DNA from: Candidatus Delongbacteria bacterium
GTDB taxonomy: Bacteria > CAIWAD01
Direction of reading: 5' to 3'
DNA length: 64,000 nt
NCBI GenBank assembly: GCA_963663545.1
Contig: OY760505.1
Location: 64,001 to 128,000 of the forward strand
Numbering within the stretch: the stretch's first letter is position 1; every line of letters starts with the position of its first letter. A program made the position numbers and the translations under genes. Shown here in pieces: positions 45,416-56,169 of this stretch. The notes under the pieces are model-generated. The model searched no databases. It was not told the DNA's origin and saw only the letters and a program-made list of their open reading frames with translations.

Positions 45416-47058
45416 AAGCAGGATTCGCATGCTACGCGTTGCTGCTTTTGATCACGGCCTGTGCGAGGATCGAGACCCCGCCCGGAGGGCCACCCGACCG
45501 GCAGGCACCGCGCGTGATCCATTCTCAACCAGAGAGTGGCAGCATCGGCGTTGTCACCGACGTTGTGTTTCGCATTCGCTTTGATGAGTGGGTAGACCGC
45601 GCTCGCACAACGGCAGACACTTATCTCAGTCCGTGGTTCGAACCAGGCTTGGAAACACACTGGTCCGGCAAGGAACTGGTGATCCGCCCTCGAGAGCCCT
45701 TACCCACCGGGCGTACCTGGTTGCTGGAGATCGGCACCGGCTGCAGAGACCTGGCAGGAAATCCTCTTGCCGAACCCTTTCAGCTTCTCTTTTCCACCGG
45801 CACTACCATCGATCGCGGCGCGGTGCATGGCACCGTCATTGGTGCAAAGGAAACCGCCAATGTGCAGGTTTGGGCCTGGCCTGCAGCGGAGACTCCCAGG
45901 CGGGCTTTTGCCGAATCGCCCTGGCGAACGCGCATTGACGCTACAGGAAGCTTTCGACTGGAGGCACTACCAGAGGGCGAGTATTTTCTTTTGGCTGTCG
46001 AAGACGCCGATCATGATGCGCGCTGGGATTTTCTAAGCGAATCCGCAGCGGTTCCACAGCGAGCTTGTAACACGGCGGATCCATTGCCGCTTCGTCTGCG
46101 ACTGAGCCCTGATCTTGGTTTGGATAGCCTGAGTCTGAAGAGCGTGATTGCACCTGATCCCTGGCACCTTTTGCTGCGTGCTGTACTGGAGCCGGTGCAG
46201 GATCGTGGTGTGCGTGTTACGGATCCTGAGCACTTGAAGCGCCTGCGCAAACAACAACTTCGGGCGTATCACGCCGATGGACACCAACTCATATTGTTGG
46301 ATCTGGCCGCAGTAGGCGATCAGTGGCTACTGGAGACTACACGCATGGACAGCCTGGGCGGCTTTTTGTTGGCGCCTGCGATTGGTGATACGCTGCAGAT
46401 TCCACCCGCAATGGCGGATACTGTGATCGCGCCTTTTGCCGGCCTTCCTCCGCAGAAGACAGACGAAGCTGGCGTGTTGGAGTGGCTTCCCCGGCGTGCA
46501 GTTCATGTGGACAGCAGTCTGCGCGCGCATCTATTTCAATCGGACGACAGTCTGGGGCGTGAGCTGCTCCCCGAGAGCGGTGGCGGTCTTCGTTTACGTT
46601 GGCAATTGGGCGACAGTCTGCGGCAGGCGCGCCTTGAACTGCCTGCCGGACTTCTGCGCCTCGCCGATGGCGGCCTATGGCCTGACAGCCTCTTAACCCT
46701 GCAGATCCAGTCCCCGCCGCGTGTATCACGCAAACATACAGGTGACGTTCAGTTGCTGATTCCCGGTATGGTCGACGACCGTCGTCGGCAGGGGTGGGTT
46801 CTCGTGAGCCGGCAAGGTGGAGAAGTTGTACGACAAGATCCCTTACACGATGAGGAGCTTCTACTGGAGAATGTTCCGGAGGGCTTCCTTACGTTCAGTC
46901 TCTTCCAGGATCGGAATCGTGATACACAATGGAATCCTGGTATTGTATCTCCTTTTGCAGCCGCTGAGCCGTGGATTCAACTCGCTGATACAGTTGAGGT
47001 GATCGCGGGTTGGCGACAGGAACGAAAAGTGCTTCACAGCCCGGAGGAGTGGGAATGA
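45412..47058 (+). CDS. Ig-like (Big_5-type) domain lipoprotein
   Basis: Lipobox ITAC-A; PPGGPPD..AP; IRFDE; DLAGN. Confidence 0.8.
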   Translation: MKAGFACYALLLLITACARIETPPGGPPDRQAPRVIHSQPESGSIGVVTDVVFRIRFDEWVDRARTTADTYLSPWFEPGLETHWSGKELVIRPREPLPTGRTWLLEIGTGCRDLAGNPLAEPFQLLFSTGTTIDRGAVHGTVIGAKETANVQVWAWPAAETPRRAFAESPWRTRIDATGSFRLEALPEGEYFLLAVEDADHDARWDFLSESAAVPQRACNTADPLPLRLRLSPDLGLDSLSLKSVIAPDPWHLLLRAVLEPVQDRGVRVTDPEHLKRLRKQQLRAYHADGHQLILLDLAAVGDQWLLETTRMDSLGGFLLAPAIGDTLQIPPAMADTVIAPFAGLPPQKTDEAGVLEWLPRRAVHVDSSLRAHLFQSDDSLGRELLPESGGGLRLRWQLGDSLRQARLELPAGLLRLADGGLWPDSLLTLQIQSPPRVSRKHTGDVQLLIPGMVDDRRRQGWVLVSRQGGEVVRQDPLHDEELLLENVPEGFLTFSLFQDRNRDTQWNPGIVSPFAAAEPWIQLADTVEVIAGWRQERKVLHSPEEWE

Positions 47059-48161
47059 CCAACAATACGTATGCGGTGATCATGGCAGGAGGCGTTGGTG
47101 CCCGTTTCTGGCCCCTGTCGCGCATGGAGCGCCCCAAGCAATTCCTGAGCGTCTTTGGCGAGCAGAGCCTGATCGAGGACACCGTGGATCGCCTGCGCAA
47201 GCGCATTGATCCGCAGCGCATTCTCATTATCACCAATCATTTGCACGAAGATCGTACCCGCGAACTGTTTCCCTGGCTGCCGCAAGACAATATCATCGGC
47301 GAGCCGATGGGACGTAATACAGCGGCCTGCGTCGCCCTGGCGGCTCTGATCCTCGCCGATCGCGATCCCGACGCGCGCATGATCGTGCTGCCTGCCGATC
47401 ATTTCATCGGCGACGAAGAGGAATTCCTCTGCACCCTCGAACGCGCCATTTCAGCCTGCCGCTCTGGGCACCTGGTCACCCTGGGCATTCAACCCACAAG
47501 TCCTGAAACCGGCTACGGCTACATTCAGCACGAAGCCGAAGAGTTGGCCCCGGGCATTCATCCTGTGCGCACTTTTGCCGAGAAGCCCAATTACGACACC
47601 GCGCTTCTGTTTCTGAAGAGCGGCGATTTCTTGTGGAACAGCGGCATCTTCATCTGGGAGGTGGAGGCGATCATCGATGGATTCGAACGCTGGCTGCCCG
47701 ATCTCTGGGAAGTGCTGCAGGAGCTGCGCCCTCACTTGACAAGCCCGCGTTTTCACGAAGTCCTGTTGGCGTGCTACCAGCGTCTGCAGCCAGTTTCCAT
47801 CGATATTGGCATCATGGAACCGGCTTCGCGTCAGAAGGGAAAAGTACGCGTGATACGTGCCAGCTTCCCCTGGAATGATGTTGGTACGTGGGCGGAAGTG
47901 TACCGCATGCGTGATAAGGACGAGTTGGGCAATGCCGTGCACAGCCTCAGTCGCGAGTTTGATAAGCCGCCGGTGATCATGATCGACTCAAATCAGAACC
48001 TGGTCATGACCGAACAGCGAGCGGTCGCGCTGGTGGGAATTCAAAAGGCCATCGTCATTGATACCGCAGACGCGCTGCTGGTGTGTCACCAGGATCATCA
48101 TCAGGACGTACGCCATGTGATCCAACGCTTGAAGGAAGACGGCTATCACGAATTGCTGTGA
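47055..48161 (+). CDS. manC: Mannose-1-phosphate guanylyltransferase
   Basis: IMAGGVGARFWPLSR..PKQF, EPMGRNTA, GYGYI and WNSGIF. Confidence 0.93.
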   Translation: MTNNTYAVIMAGGVGARFWPLSRMERPKQFLSVFGEQSLIEDTVDRLRKRIDPQRILIITNHLHEDRTRELFPWLPQDNIIGEPMGRNTAACVALAALILADRDPDARMIVLPADHFIGDEEEFLCTLERAISACRSGHLVTLGIQPTSPETGYGYIQHEAEELAPGIHPVRTFAEKPNYDTALLFLKSGDFLWNSGIFIWEVEAIIDGFERWLPDLWEVLQELRPHLTSPRFHEVLLACYQRLQPVSIDIGIMEPASRQKGKVRVIRASFPWNDVGTWAEVYRMRDKDELGNAVHSLSREFDKPPVIMIDSNQNLVMTEQRAVALVGIQKAIVIDTADALLVCHQDHHQDVRHVIQRLKEDGYHELL

Positions 48162-48221
48162 TACAATACTACCTGCCGCAGAGCGTAGCCCTTTTTGTAC
48201 ATCTTCGGTACTTTAGTAAGT

Positions 48222-48554
48222 ATGAATCGCAAGACGGAAACCCGGGAGGACCGGGCCCGGGAATTCCGGGAGCAGGAACTGCTGCGTGATCTGGAAGAAG
48301 CCGCCAGGCGTCTTGGGATACGCGTACGCACCGAACGAGGCACTTTCCGTTCGGATCTCTGCGAGGTCCAGGGTGAAAGCATGATCATTCTCAATCGCCG
48401 TCTGTCCACGGCAGACCGTGCCACAGTGCTGGCGCGCATTCTGTGTCGATTGGATCTTGAAGAAGTCCATTTGTCGCCAAGAACGAGGGAGTTTTTGGAA
48501 GAGTGTCGCCAGGAACCGGCCGGGGAATCGGGAAACCAGGGGGAAGAGGAATGA
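48222..48554 (+). CDS. Conserved-type hypothetical protein
   Basis: Compact ORF with ATGA overlap into the Crp-family gene. Confidence 0.6.
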   Translation: MNRKTETREDRAREFREQELLRDLEEAARRLGIRVRTERGTFRSDLCEVQGESMIILNRRLSTADRATVLARILCRLDLEEVHLSPRTREFLEECRQEPAGESGNQGEEE

Positions 48555-49234
48555 CCGATCCGCTGTTTTTACGCAGTGTCCTGCTTTTTGAGGACCTTGA
48601 AGACGCCGACTTGATCAAAGTGGCCGATCGCTTGTCAGCCAAACGCTATCGAAAAAATAATCTGATCATTTTCGAAGAGGATGAGGGCCGCACGCTCTAC
48701 ATCATTCGTAGTGGGCGGGTTAAAATCTCGCGGGTCAATACCTCTGGCGAAGAAGTGATTCTAGCCATCCTGGGACCCAGCGATTTCTTCGGCGAACTAT
48801 CCATTATTGATGCGGGCCCGCGCAGTGCAACGGTGACTTCACTGGAAGAGGTGGAGCTCTTGGGATTGCGCGGTGAAGACTTTTTCGACCTGATTCGCGC
48901 CTTTCCGCAAATTGCCATTTCACTGCTCAAGCTCATGGCAACACGTTTGCGCCGCACCGACGCCCATCTGGTGTCCTTGTCCACGTTGGATGCGCGCGGA
49001 CGTGTGATTGCCACTCTGCGCAATCTCGCCACTGATCTGGGCTGCAACGACGGTGAGGACACGCTGCTGTTGTCCAATCTGCCGCTTCAACGTGACCTTG
49101 CCTCCATCGCAGGAACGAGCCGCGAAACCATGTCCCGCCTGCTGACGAAGCTCGAGCAGGAAGGTTGGCTCGAGCGAGTGGGGCAGGACCTCCGCATCAA
49201 ACGATATAGTGAGTTTCAACGCCTGCGCGCTTGA
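48551..49234 (+). CDS. Crp/Fnr family transcriptional regulator
   Basis: cNMP pocket FFGELS...PRSAT; HTH GTSRETMSR. Confidence 0.92.
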   Translation: MTDPLFLRSVLLFEDLEDADLIKVADRLSAKRYRKNNLIIFEEDEGRTLYIIRSGRVKISRVNTSGEEVILAILGPSDFFGELSIIDAGPRSATVTSLEEVELLGLRGEDFFDLIRAFPQIAISLLKLMATRLRRTDAHLVSLSTLDARGRVIATLRNLATDLGCNDGEDTLLLSNLPLQRDLASIAGTSRETMSRLLTKLEQEGWLERVGQDLRIKRYSEFQRLRA

Positions 49235-49270
49235 GGCTGCGGGCGCCTTACACAACCAAAAGAGATCTGC

Positions 49271-51442
49271 ATGAGCGATCAATCCAAACCAAAACAGGAC
49301 AAGCTCTTTGCCGAGTTTCCTCCCAGCACCTATGCCGAGTGGAAAACCGAAGCAGAAGCTTCACTCAAGGGAGCGCCCTTTGAGAAAGTCCTGCATACGC
49401 GCACGCCTGAGGGAGTGGAACTCAGGCCCTTGTATTACAAAGACGACTTGGCGGAATTGCCGCACCTGGACAAATCCGGTGTGTCACTGCCAACAACCGC
49501 AGGGCGACGTCCAGCGGGTCCTCCCAACACCTGGTGGGTGCGTCAGCGGCTTGCGGCCGTTGACCCCGTCGAGTTCAATCGCATCCTGAAGCTCGACATG
49601 GCCCGTGGTCAGAATTCCATTGCCCTCTCGCTGGATCGCTGGAGCCGCCGCGGTGCAGATCCGCTGACCACGGGTTCGGCGGAAGCCAACATCGATCAGC
49701 AGTCTTTCATGGACACTTGTTTCACGCACATCAACCTGGTAACGAAGCTGTTTGAGGATGTGGATCTGCGCGATGTGCCTCTTTCCATTGACCCGGGCAG
49801 TTCCAGTGTGCAGACCGTGGCAATGCTGCTGGCACTCTGTCAACGCAACGATTGGTTGCCCAGCCGTTTGCGCCTGGATCTGGAAACCGACTTTTTCAGT
49901 CAACTAGCCTTGACTGGATCCCTGCCCAGGTCTTTCGCCGTCTTGCTGCCGCCGCTGGCCGATCTTTTCAAACTGGCCGACGAAGAGCACACCGATTGGG
50001 GACTGCTGCGTGTTTCCGGCGTTTGCTGGCACGAAGCGGGTGCGAGCGCGGTGCAGGAGCTGGCCGTGGTTCTGGCCGCTGGCGCAGAGAATTTCCGTTT
50101 GCTGGGCGATGCCGGTGTTAGCATAGATTCCATTGCCCGTCGCACGCGCATGAGCCTTGGCCTGGGGCGCGATCTTTTCATGCAAGTCGCCAAGATCCGC
50201 GCTGCGCGCCTGCTGTGGGCCAATCTCTGCCAGGGCTTTGACGTTGACGCTTCGCATCATCAGATTCCCATTCATGCACAGGGTTCTTCGGTGTATCACA
50301 CGCGCCGCGATCCCTGGACGAATCTGCTGCGGGATACCGTGCAGGCTTTTGCCGGTGCTGTTGGTGGAGCCGATAGCATGCACTGTAGCACCATGGCGGA
50401 TGGCCTGGGTGTTCCCAATGACTTCCAGCGACGCATGGCCCGCAACACGCAAGTGATCCTGAAGGAAGAAGCGCATCTGGACAAGGTTTTGGACCCTGCC
50501 GCGGGTTCATGGTACATCGAGAACCTGACGGATTCACTTGCCCGCAGCGCCTGGGAACGCTTCCAGGAACTCGAGCAGCTAGGCGGTCTCTTTGCCGCCA
50601 TGCGCCGCGGTGTTCCCCAACAGTGGATGGCCGCTTGTCGCGAAGAACGTCGTAGCGGTATTGCCAGTCGCCGCGAAGTGCTGGTGGGCACCAACAAGTA
50701 TCCGCTTCTGAACGAAGAGCCGGTTGCTTTCGAGCTGCCGGATACTTTCAACCTGCGCTCTGTGACGACGCATGATCAGCAGACGCCGCGCGGTGATACA
50801 TGGCGCAGAGAGTTGAAACTGGCAGCAGAGCACACAGGACCCGCGCGCATTCGTCAGCTGGCACGTGCCCTGAACGCGGGCGCCGCACTATACGAGATCA
50901 GCGATCTGGTTTGGGCAGGCAGCGCCGACGATGCTCTGGGCGAGGCCGTTACTCCCGTTGCGCTTCAGCGTGCTTCCGAAGAAATGGAGCATCTGCGCGA
51001 TCAAGCCGATCGTTACATGGCGGACAACGATAATCAGCGCCCCAGCGTATTCTTGGCCAATATGGGCCCGTTGAAGCAGCACAAGGCGCGTGCGGATTTC
51101 AGTCGTGGCTTCCTTGAATGCGGTGGTTTTGAAGTTCTTTCCCCCGCAGGTTTTGCAACGCCGCAGGCGGCTGCGGAAGCTGCTGCAAAAACAGCGGCCT
51201 GTGCGGTGGTGTTGTGTTCCACCGACGATACCTACGCTGAACTTGCCGGACCTTTTGTGGACGCCCTACGCAAGCTGGAGCAAGAGGGAGGCCAGATGCG
51301 CCGCCTGATTTTGCTGGCGGGATATCCCAAGGATCAGGTCCACGATCTGATCGACGCCGGCGTGGAGGAGTTCATTCATCTCAAGGCGGATCTACCCGCC
51401 GTTTTGGATCACCTGTTCAATCGACTGGGGGTGCAATCATGA
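49271..51442 (+). CDS. mutA: Methylmalonyl-CoA mutase small (beta) subunit
   Basis: [17 protein letters not shown] and [10 protein letters not shown]; lacks DxHxxG. Confidence 0.88.
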   Translation: MSDQSKPKQDKLFAEFPPSTYAEWKTEAEASLKGAPFEKVLHTRTPEGVELRPLYYKDDLAELPHLDKSGVSLPTTAGRRPAGPPNTWWVRQRLAAVDPVEFNRILKLDMARGQNSIALSLDRWSRRGADPLTTGSAEANIDQQSFMDTCFTHINLVTKLFEDVDLRDVPLSIDPGSSSVQTVAMLLALCQRNDWLPSRLRLDLETDFFSQLALTGSLPRSFAVLLPPLADLFKLADEEHTDWGLLRVSGVCWHEAGASAVQELAVVLAAGAENFRLLGDAGVSIDSIARRTRMSLGLGRDLFMQVAKIRAARLLWANLCQGFDVDASHHQIPIHAQGSSVYHTRRDPWTNLLRDTVQAFAGAVGGADSMHCSTMADGLGVPNDFQRRMARNTQVILKEEAHLDKVLDPAAGSWYIENLTDSLARSAWERFQELEQLGGLFAAMRRGVPQQWMAACREERRSGIASRREVLVGTNKYPLLNEEPVAFELPDTFNLRSVTTHDQQTPRGDTWRRELKLAAEHTGPARIRQLARALNAGAALYEISDLVWAGSADDALGEAVTPVALQRASEEMEHLRDQADRYMADNDNQRPSVFLANMGPLKQHKARADFSRGFLECGGFEVLSPAGFATPQAAAEAAAKTAACAVVLCSTDDTYAELAGPFVDALRKLEQEGGQMRRLILLAGYPKDQVHDLIDAGVEEFIHLKADLPAVLDHLFNRLGVQS

Positions 51443-53589
51443 GCAAGAAGCCTGATTTCACGACCCTTCCTTATGCACCACCCAAATTTCTCTCTCGCTC
51501 CACCGGCACGGTCTGGAATACGCCGGAGCAGGTAAAAGTGAAGCCTGCCTATACCGACGCCGACCTGCAGGAATTGGAACACCTGGACTACACGGCGGGT
51601 CTGCCGCCCTATCTGCGCGGCCCCTATCCGACCATGTATGTATCACGACCCTGGACGGTGCGCCAGTATGCCGGCTTCAGTACAGCCGAAGAGTCCAACG
51701 CCTTCTACCGTCGCAACCTGGCGGCTGGCCAGAAAGGGCTTTCGATCGCCTTTGATCTGGCCACTCACCGCGGTTATGATTCTGATCATCCCCGCGTAGT
51801 GGGCGATGTGGGCAAGGCGGGTGTAGCCATCGATTCCATTTTGGACATGCGCATTCTTTTCGATCAGATTCCGCTGGACCAGATGTCGGTTTCGATGACC
51901 ATGAACGGTGCGGTGCTGCCCATCATGGCACTCTATATCGTAGCCGCAGAAGAGCAGGGCGTCAGCCGTGAGAAGCTGGCGGGGACCATTCAGAACGACA
52001 TCCTCAAAGAGTTCATGGTCCGTAATACCTACATCTACCCACCTGAACCCTCGATGCGCATCATCGGCGACATCTTCCGCTATTGCAGCGAAGAGATGCC
52101 CAAGTTCAACTGCATCTCCATCTCCGGCTACCACATGCAGGAGGCGGGTGCTACCGCCGATATCGAACTTGCCTACACACTGGCGGACGGTCTGGAGTAC
52201 CTGCGCACGGGTATTCGCGCTGGCCTAACGGTAGATCAGTTCGCACCGCGTCTGAGCTTCTTCTGGGCCATCGGTATGAACTACTTCATGGAAGTGGCCA
52301 AGATGCGTGCTGCGCGACTGCTTTGGGCCAAACTGGTGAAGCAGTTCGATCCCAAGAATCCCAAATCGATGAGCCTGCGCACCCACAGCCAGACTTCTGG
52401 CTGGTCGCTGACGGAGCAGGACCCCTTCAATAATGTGGCCCGCACAACCATTGAGGCCCTGGGTGCCGCACTGGGACACACGCAGTCGCTGCACACCAAT
52501 TCGCTTGACGAGGCCATTGCCCTGCCAACGGATTTCAGTGCCCGCATTGCGCGTAACACACAGCTGCTCTTGCAGGAAGAGACGGGAATCTGCCGCGTTG
52601 TCGATCCCTGGGGGGGCAGCTATTACGTCGAGCATCTGACCAACGACCTGGCGCATCGCGCCTGGGAGCTGATTCAGGAAGTGGAAGAGCTGGGGGGCAT
52701 GGCCAAAGCCATCGAGTCCGGTCTACCCAAAATGCGCATCGAAGAAGCCGCCGCTCGTCGTCAAGCGCGCATCGACGCTGGCAAGGATACTATCGTAGGC
52801 CTGAACAAGTACCGGCTGGAACAAGAAGATCCCGTCGAGATCCTCGAAGTGGACAATTCCGCCGTGCGCGAAGCGCAGATTGCCCGTTTGAACAAACTGC
52901 GCGCCGAGCGAGACAAGGATGAGGTTCAGAGCTGCCTGAAGGCACTAAGCAACTGTGCCGCCGATCCCGCAGGCGAGGGCAATCTGCTGGATCTGGCCGT
53001 CAAGGCGGTGCGCGCCCGTGCCAGCCTGGGCGAAATCAGTGATGCCTTGGAAGAGGTCTACGGACGTCACCGCGCTACTCAGCGCAGCATCGCCGGTGTA
53101 TATTCCAGTGAGGCGAGCGAGATGGATAATTTCCAGCGCGTACGTCAGATGTGCCAGAAATTCGAAGAGCTGGAAGGCCGCAGGCCGCGCATTCTGGTGG
53201 TCAAGCTGGGACAGGACGGCCACGACCGCGGCGCCAAGGTCGTTAGCACGGCTTATGCTGATATGGGCTTCGACGTGGACGTGGGTCCGCTTTTCCAGAC
53301 GCCGGAAGAAGCCGCGCGTCAGGCGGTGGAGAACGACGTTCACATCGTGGGCATGAGTTCTCTGGCCGCAGGACACAAAACTCTGCTGCCACAGCTGATG
53401 GCTGAGCTGAAGAAGCTGGGCCGCGATGATATCATGGTCATCGCAGGTGGTGTGATTCCGGCTCAGGATTACGAGTTCCTTTACGAAGCGGGCGCGGCCT
53501 GCATCTTCGGCCCCGGCACGGTCATTCCCGATGCCGCGCTGGATATGCTGTGCAAGCTGGCTACCAGTTTGGAACTCGAGCTGGAGTAA
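51439..53589 (+). CDS. mutB: Methylmalonyl-CoA mutase large (alpha) subunit
   Basis: RQYAGF, QNDILKE and [11 protein letters not shown]12-binding motif. Confidence 0.96.
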   Translation: MSKKPDFTTLPYAPPKFLSRSTGTVWNTPEQVKVKPAYTDADLQELEHLDYTAGLPPYLRGPYPTMYVSRPWTVRQYAGFSTAEESNAFYRRNLAAGQKGLSIAFDLATHRGYDSDHPRVVGDVGKAGVAIDSILDMRILFDQIPLDQMSVSMTMNGAVLPIMALYIVAAEEQGVSREKLAGTIQNDILKEFMVRNTYIYPPEPSMRIIGDIFRYCSEEMPKFNCISISGYHMQEAGATADIELAYTLADGLEYLRTGIRAGLTVDQFAPRLSFFWAIGMNYFMEVAKMRAARLLWAKLVKQFDPKNPKSMSLRTHSQTSGWSLTEQDPFNNVARTTIEALGAALGHTQSLHTNSLDEAIALPTDFSARIARNTQLLLQEETGICRVVDPWGGSYYVEHLTNDLAHRAWELIQEVEELGGMAKAIESGLPKMRIEEAAARRQARIDAGKDTIVGLNKYRLEQEDPVEILEVDNSAVREAQIARLNKLRAERDKDEVQSCLKALSNCAADPAGEGNLLDLAVKAVRARASLGEISDALEEVYGRHRATQRSIAGVYSSEASEMDNFQRVRQMCQKFEELEGRRPRILVVKLGQDGHDRGAKVVSTAYADMGFDVDVGPLFQTPEEAARQAVENDVHIVGMSSLAAGHKTLLPQLMAELKKLGRDDIMVIAGGVIPAQDYEFLYEAGAACIFGPGTVIPDAALDMLCKLATSLELELE

Positions 53590-53658
53590 CGCAGAGAAAC
53601 AGACGCTGACGAGGAGGGCGGTTTGCCGCCCTCTTCCTTTCCGCAAAGGACTCCTCCC

Positions 53659-54663
53659 GTGACACAACAGCGCCCTCGTCGTGGGCCCGGATTGGATCAG
53701 CTTGAGCAAGGGTTGCGTGCTGGCGACCGTGGCATGCTGGCTCGTGCCATTACGTTGGTGGAGAGTCGCCGTGAGATCGATGCGCTGGACGCCGCCGAAC
53801 TGCTGCGGCGAGTACAGGACTCGCCGAGCCGTGCGCTGCGTCTTGGAGTAACCGGACCACCCGGTGCAGGAAAAAGCACGCTGATCGACGCCCTCGGTTG
53901 TCGTCTTGTGGACAACGGGCATCGCGTGGCCGTGCTTGCGGTAGATCCCAGCAGTACACTTTCGGGCGGCTCGATCCTTGGCGATAAAACGCGCATGGAG
54001 CAGCTTTCACAGCGCCAAGAGGCCTTTATTCGACCCTCACCATCGGCGGGATCTTTGGGAGGAGTGGCTCGCCGTACGCGCGAAAGCCTGCGTTTCTGCG
54101 AGGTGGCCGGCTACGATGTGGTCATCGTCGAGACCGTAGGTGTAGGCCAAAGTGAAGTCCAGGTGCGCCAACTCTGCGATGTCTTTCTCTTGATCCTACT
54201 GGCGGGTTCGGGTGATGATCTGCAAGGCATCAAGCGCGGCATCATGGAATTGGCCGATCTGCATTGCATCAACAAGGCCGATGGTGAGAACAAACATGCC
54301 GCGTTGAAGGCGCAGAGTGATTTTGGCACCGCCGTCCACATGCTTCCGCCGCTGCATCCAGGGTGGTCTCCACCGGTGATGACGGCCTCCGCAATGACCG
54401 GCGAAGGGCTTGGCGAGCTATGGGAGAAGATTTCTGCCTGCTACGCCTTTCTGAGCGAGCACGAACTGCTGGCCGAGCTTCGCCGTGAGCAGGAACTCTA
54501 CTGGTTCGAACAGCAGCTGCAAGAGCGCGTTCTGGCCGCCTTTTTCGCCCGACCCGAGATTGCGGGCAGTCTGGGTGAGCTGCGCCAGCAAGTGGAGCAG
54601 GGGCAATTGCCAGCGGAAGTCGCCGTGCATCGCCTGCTGCACCCTACCGCGACTCAGTTGTAG
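53659..54663 (+). CDS. meaB: Mutase-associated GTPase MeaB
   Basis: GPPGAGKST, DPSS..SGGSILGDKTRM and NKAD. Confidence 0.94.
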   Translation: MTQQRPRRGPGLDQLEQGLRAGDRGMLARAITLVESRREIDALDAAELLRRVQDSPSRALRLGVTGPPGAGKSTLIDALGCRLVDNGHRVAVLAVDPSSTLSGGSILGDKTRMEQLSQRQEAFIRPSPSAGSLGGVARRTRESLRFCEVAGYDVVIVETVGVGQSEVQVRQLCDVFLLILLAGSGDDLQGIKRGIMELADLHCINKADGENKHAALKAQSDFGTAVHMLPPLHPGWSPPVMTASAMTGEGLGELWEKISACYAFLSEHELLAELRREQELYWFEQQLQERVLAAFFARPEIAGSLGELRQQVEQGQLPAEVAVHRLLHPTATQL

Positions 54664-54672
54664 GGTAGCGCC

Positions 54673-54697
54673 TGCCGCAGGAACGCGGCAAGCTTTT
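54673..54697 (+). terminator. Possible terminator after meaB
   Basis: TGCCGC-AGGAAC-GCGGCA followed by AGCTTTT. Confidence 0.45.
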
Positions 54698-54792
54698 CCC
54701 GGTAGGGCGGCCTCTGCCGCTTCGCGGGTTTTGTCTACGGCATAATCCTTGGCTAAGCCTAGAAATTTCAACAGGTGAGAACTCCTGAACTT

Positions 54793-54809
54793 CTGGCATT
54801 CCAATTGCT
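54793..54809 (+). promoter_or_regulatory. Sigma-54-type -24/-12 promoter
   Basis: CTGGCATTCCAATTGCT (GG-N10-GC). Confidence 0.65.
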
Positions 54810-54838
54810 ATTCCTCCGCTGAGCAGAATGGAGGACGC

Positions 54839-55156
54839 ATGAATTTTTACACGAACGATCTAGTACGCTCCCGACTGAAGACGGAAAAGAAACCGCCTGA
54901 TCACATTCCCAAATACCAGACTTTTGAAGCCAAACTCTCCATCCTTCTGACGGCGGAGCAGCACAAGTTCCTCGAGGATACGGTGGCCACGATCATGCGC
55001 AACCGTCGCGATAAGCGCGAGCGGATCACCAAGAACAGCGTGCTGCGCGTGCTCGTGGATTTCATGCAAACCCTTGATGTTGACCTTGAAAACGTGCCGG
55101 ACGAGAAGGAGTTAATGAAGCGCGTCTTCATAGCGCGACTGAACAAAATGCTCTGA
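54839..55156 (+). CDS. Small putative ribbon-helix-helix DNA-binding protein
   Basis: GGAGG RBS; strand KLSILL followed by helices with RERITKNSVLRVLVD. Confidence 0.6.
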   Translation: MNFYTNDLVRSRLKTEKKPPDHIPKYQTFEAKLSILLTAEQHKFLEDTVATIMRNRRDKRERITKNSVLRVLVDFMQTLDVDLENVPDEKELMKRVFIARLNKML

Positions 55157-55238
55157 AGCCAGTGCTAGAGCGGCTTGAGACAAATTTGACACCGCTCTGC
55201 AGCTAAAGCAAGTTTATTGCACTTAGCCATATTCCCGG

Positions 55239-56102
55239 TTGCGTGGAACTGGCGGATTTGATAGCATTCCCCTGAATCCAATTCGTACGGGGAATGCAGT
55301 GTCCGCTCACTTGTGGAATCGAGAACAGTCCGTCGCCACAGCCAGCAGCGGCGCAGGTCAGCAGCGCTTTCCTGCCCGTGCGCGCTTTCGTGGATTGCTT
55401 TTCGTTCCCGCCGAGCAGGATGATGCTCTGCACGAAGATCCGCTACTTCGCGCCATCGAGCGCCTGCGCGCTACCGATGACACCGTTTTCCGTAAAGCTG
55501 CCGAGAATCCTTTGCCGAATCCTGGTGTGGCAAACGCCCTCCGGCGCATGGACGATCGTTTGCACTGGCTGCGCAATCTGCTGGATCAATCCGCTGAAAG
55601 CGTCACAAGCTACGGTGTAGTTGATGAGAAGCCGGTGGATGCAACTGTCGAACCCGATGCCATTCTGGAAAGAACTCCCAAGCTCACAGAGCCCATCGCG
55701 CAATCACCCGAGCCGCATTTCTCGAGTCAGGAGTTGCGCTTGGAGCAGCTTCTGCACGATTACTTCAGCGAATGGCGTCTGATGAGCGAAGACGAGGAAC
55801 GTGATCCATCCGCTCAATTGCAGGCTTTTGCCCATTCGATCTACATGGAGCAATTGCTCCAGCACTTCCAACTTCCCTTTCTGTTGCTCAGTCAGGATCT
55901 ACGCATTCTGCAGTACTCGCTCACCGCGACGCGACACCTTGCGCTGAAGGGGCTGCAGCTTGGTAGCAGTCTTGCCACGCGATTGCGCGTCTCACCTGCC
56001 GAATCCACTTCATGTCTGCTTTCCGACGAGGATGGCGCCACCACATGGTCCATCCACTGCTGCGCCGTAGGAAATGGACGCCTAGTCATTTTACCCGAGT
56101 AA
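55239..56102 (+). CDS. Hypothetical protein with possible degenerate C-terminal PAS-like domain (start uncertain)
   Basis: 287-aa ORF filling the gap; LPFLLLSQDLRILQYS resembles the start of a PAS domain. Confidence 0.5.
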   Translation: MRGTGGFDSIPLNPIRTGNAVSAHLWNREQSVATASSGAGQQRFPARARFRGLLFVPAEQDDALHEDPLLRAIERLRATDDTVFRKAAENPLPNPGVANALRRMDDRLHWLRNLLDQSAESVTSYGVVDEKPVDATVEPDAILERTPKLTEPIAQSPEPHFSSQELRLEQLLHDYFSEWRLMSEDEERDPSAQLQAFAHSIYMEQLLQHFQLPFLLLSQDLRILQYSLTATRHLALKGLQLGSSLATRLRVSPAESTSCLLSDEDGATTWSIHCCAVGNGRLVILPE

Positions 56103-56123
56103 TATTGACAGGATTAAGTTAGC

Positions 56124-56140
56124 TTGGCCGAAATTTTGCA
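56124..56140 (+). promoter_or_regulatory. Sigma-54-type -24/-12 promoter
   Basis: TTGGCCGAAATTTTGCA (GG-N10-GC). Confidence 0.6.
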
Positions 56141-56169
56141 AACGGTTCTCCAGAGGAGGATTTCCCCAT

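Noticed and set aside
49235-49270. Cobalamin riboswitch before the mutase genes
   Set aside because: The 36-nt gap is too short.
56105-56133. Perfect TTGACA as a sigma-70 promoter for the M6 protease
   Set aside because: No plausible -10 element at 16-18 nt; the GG-N10-GC element fits better.
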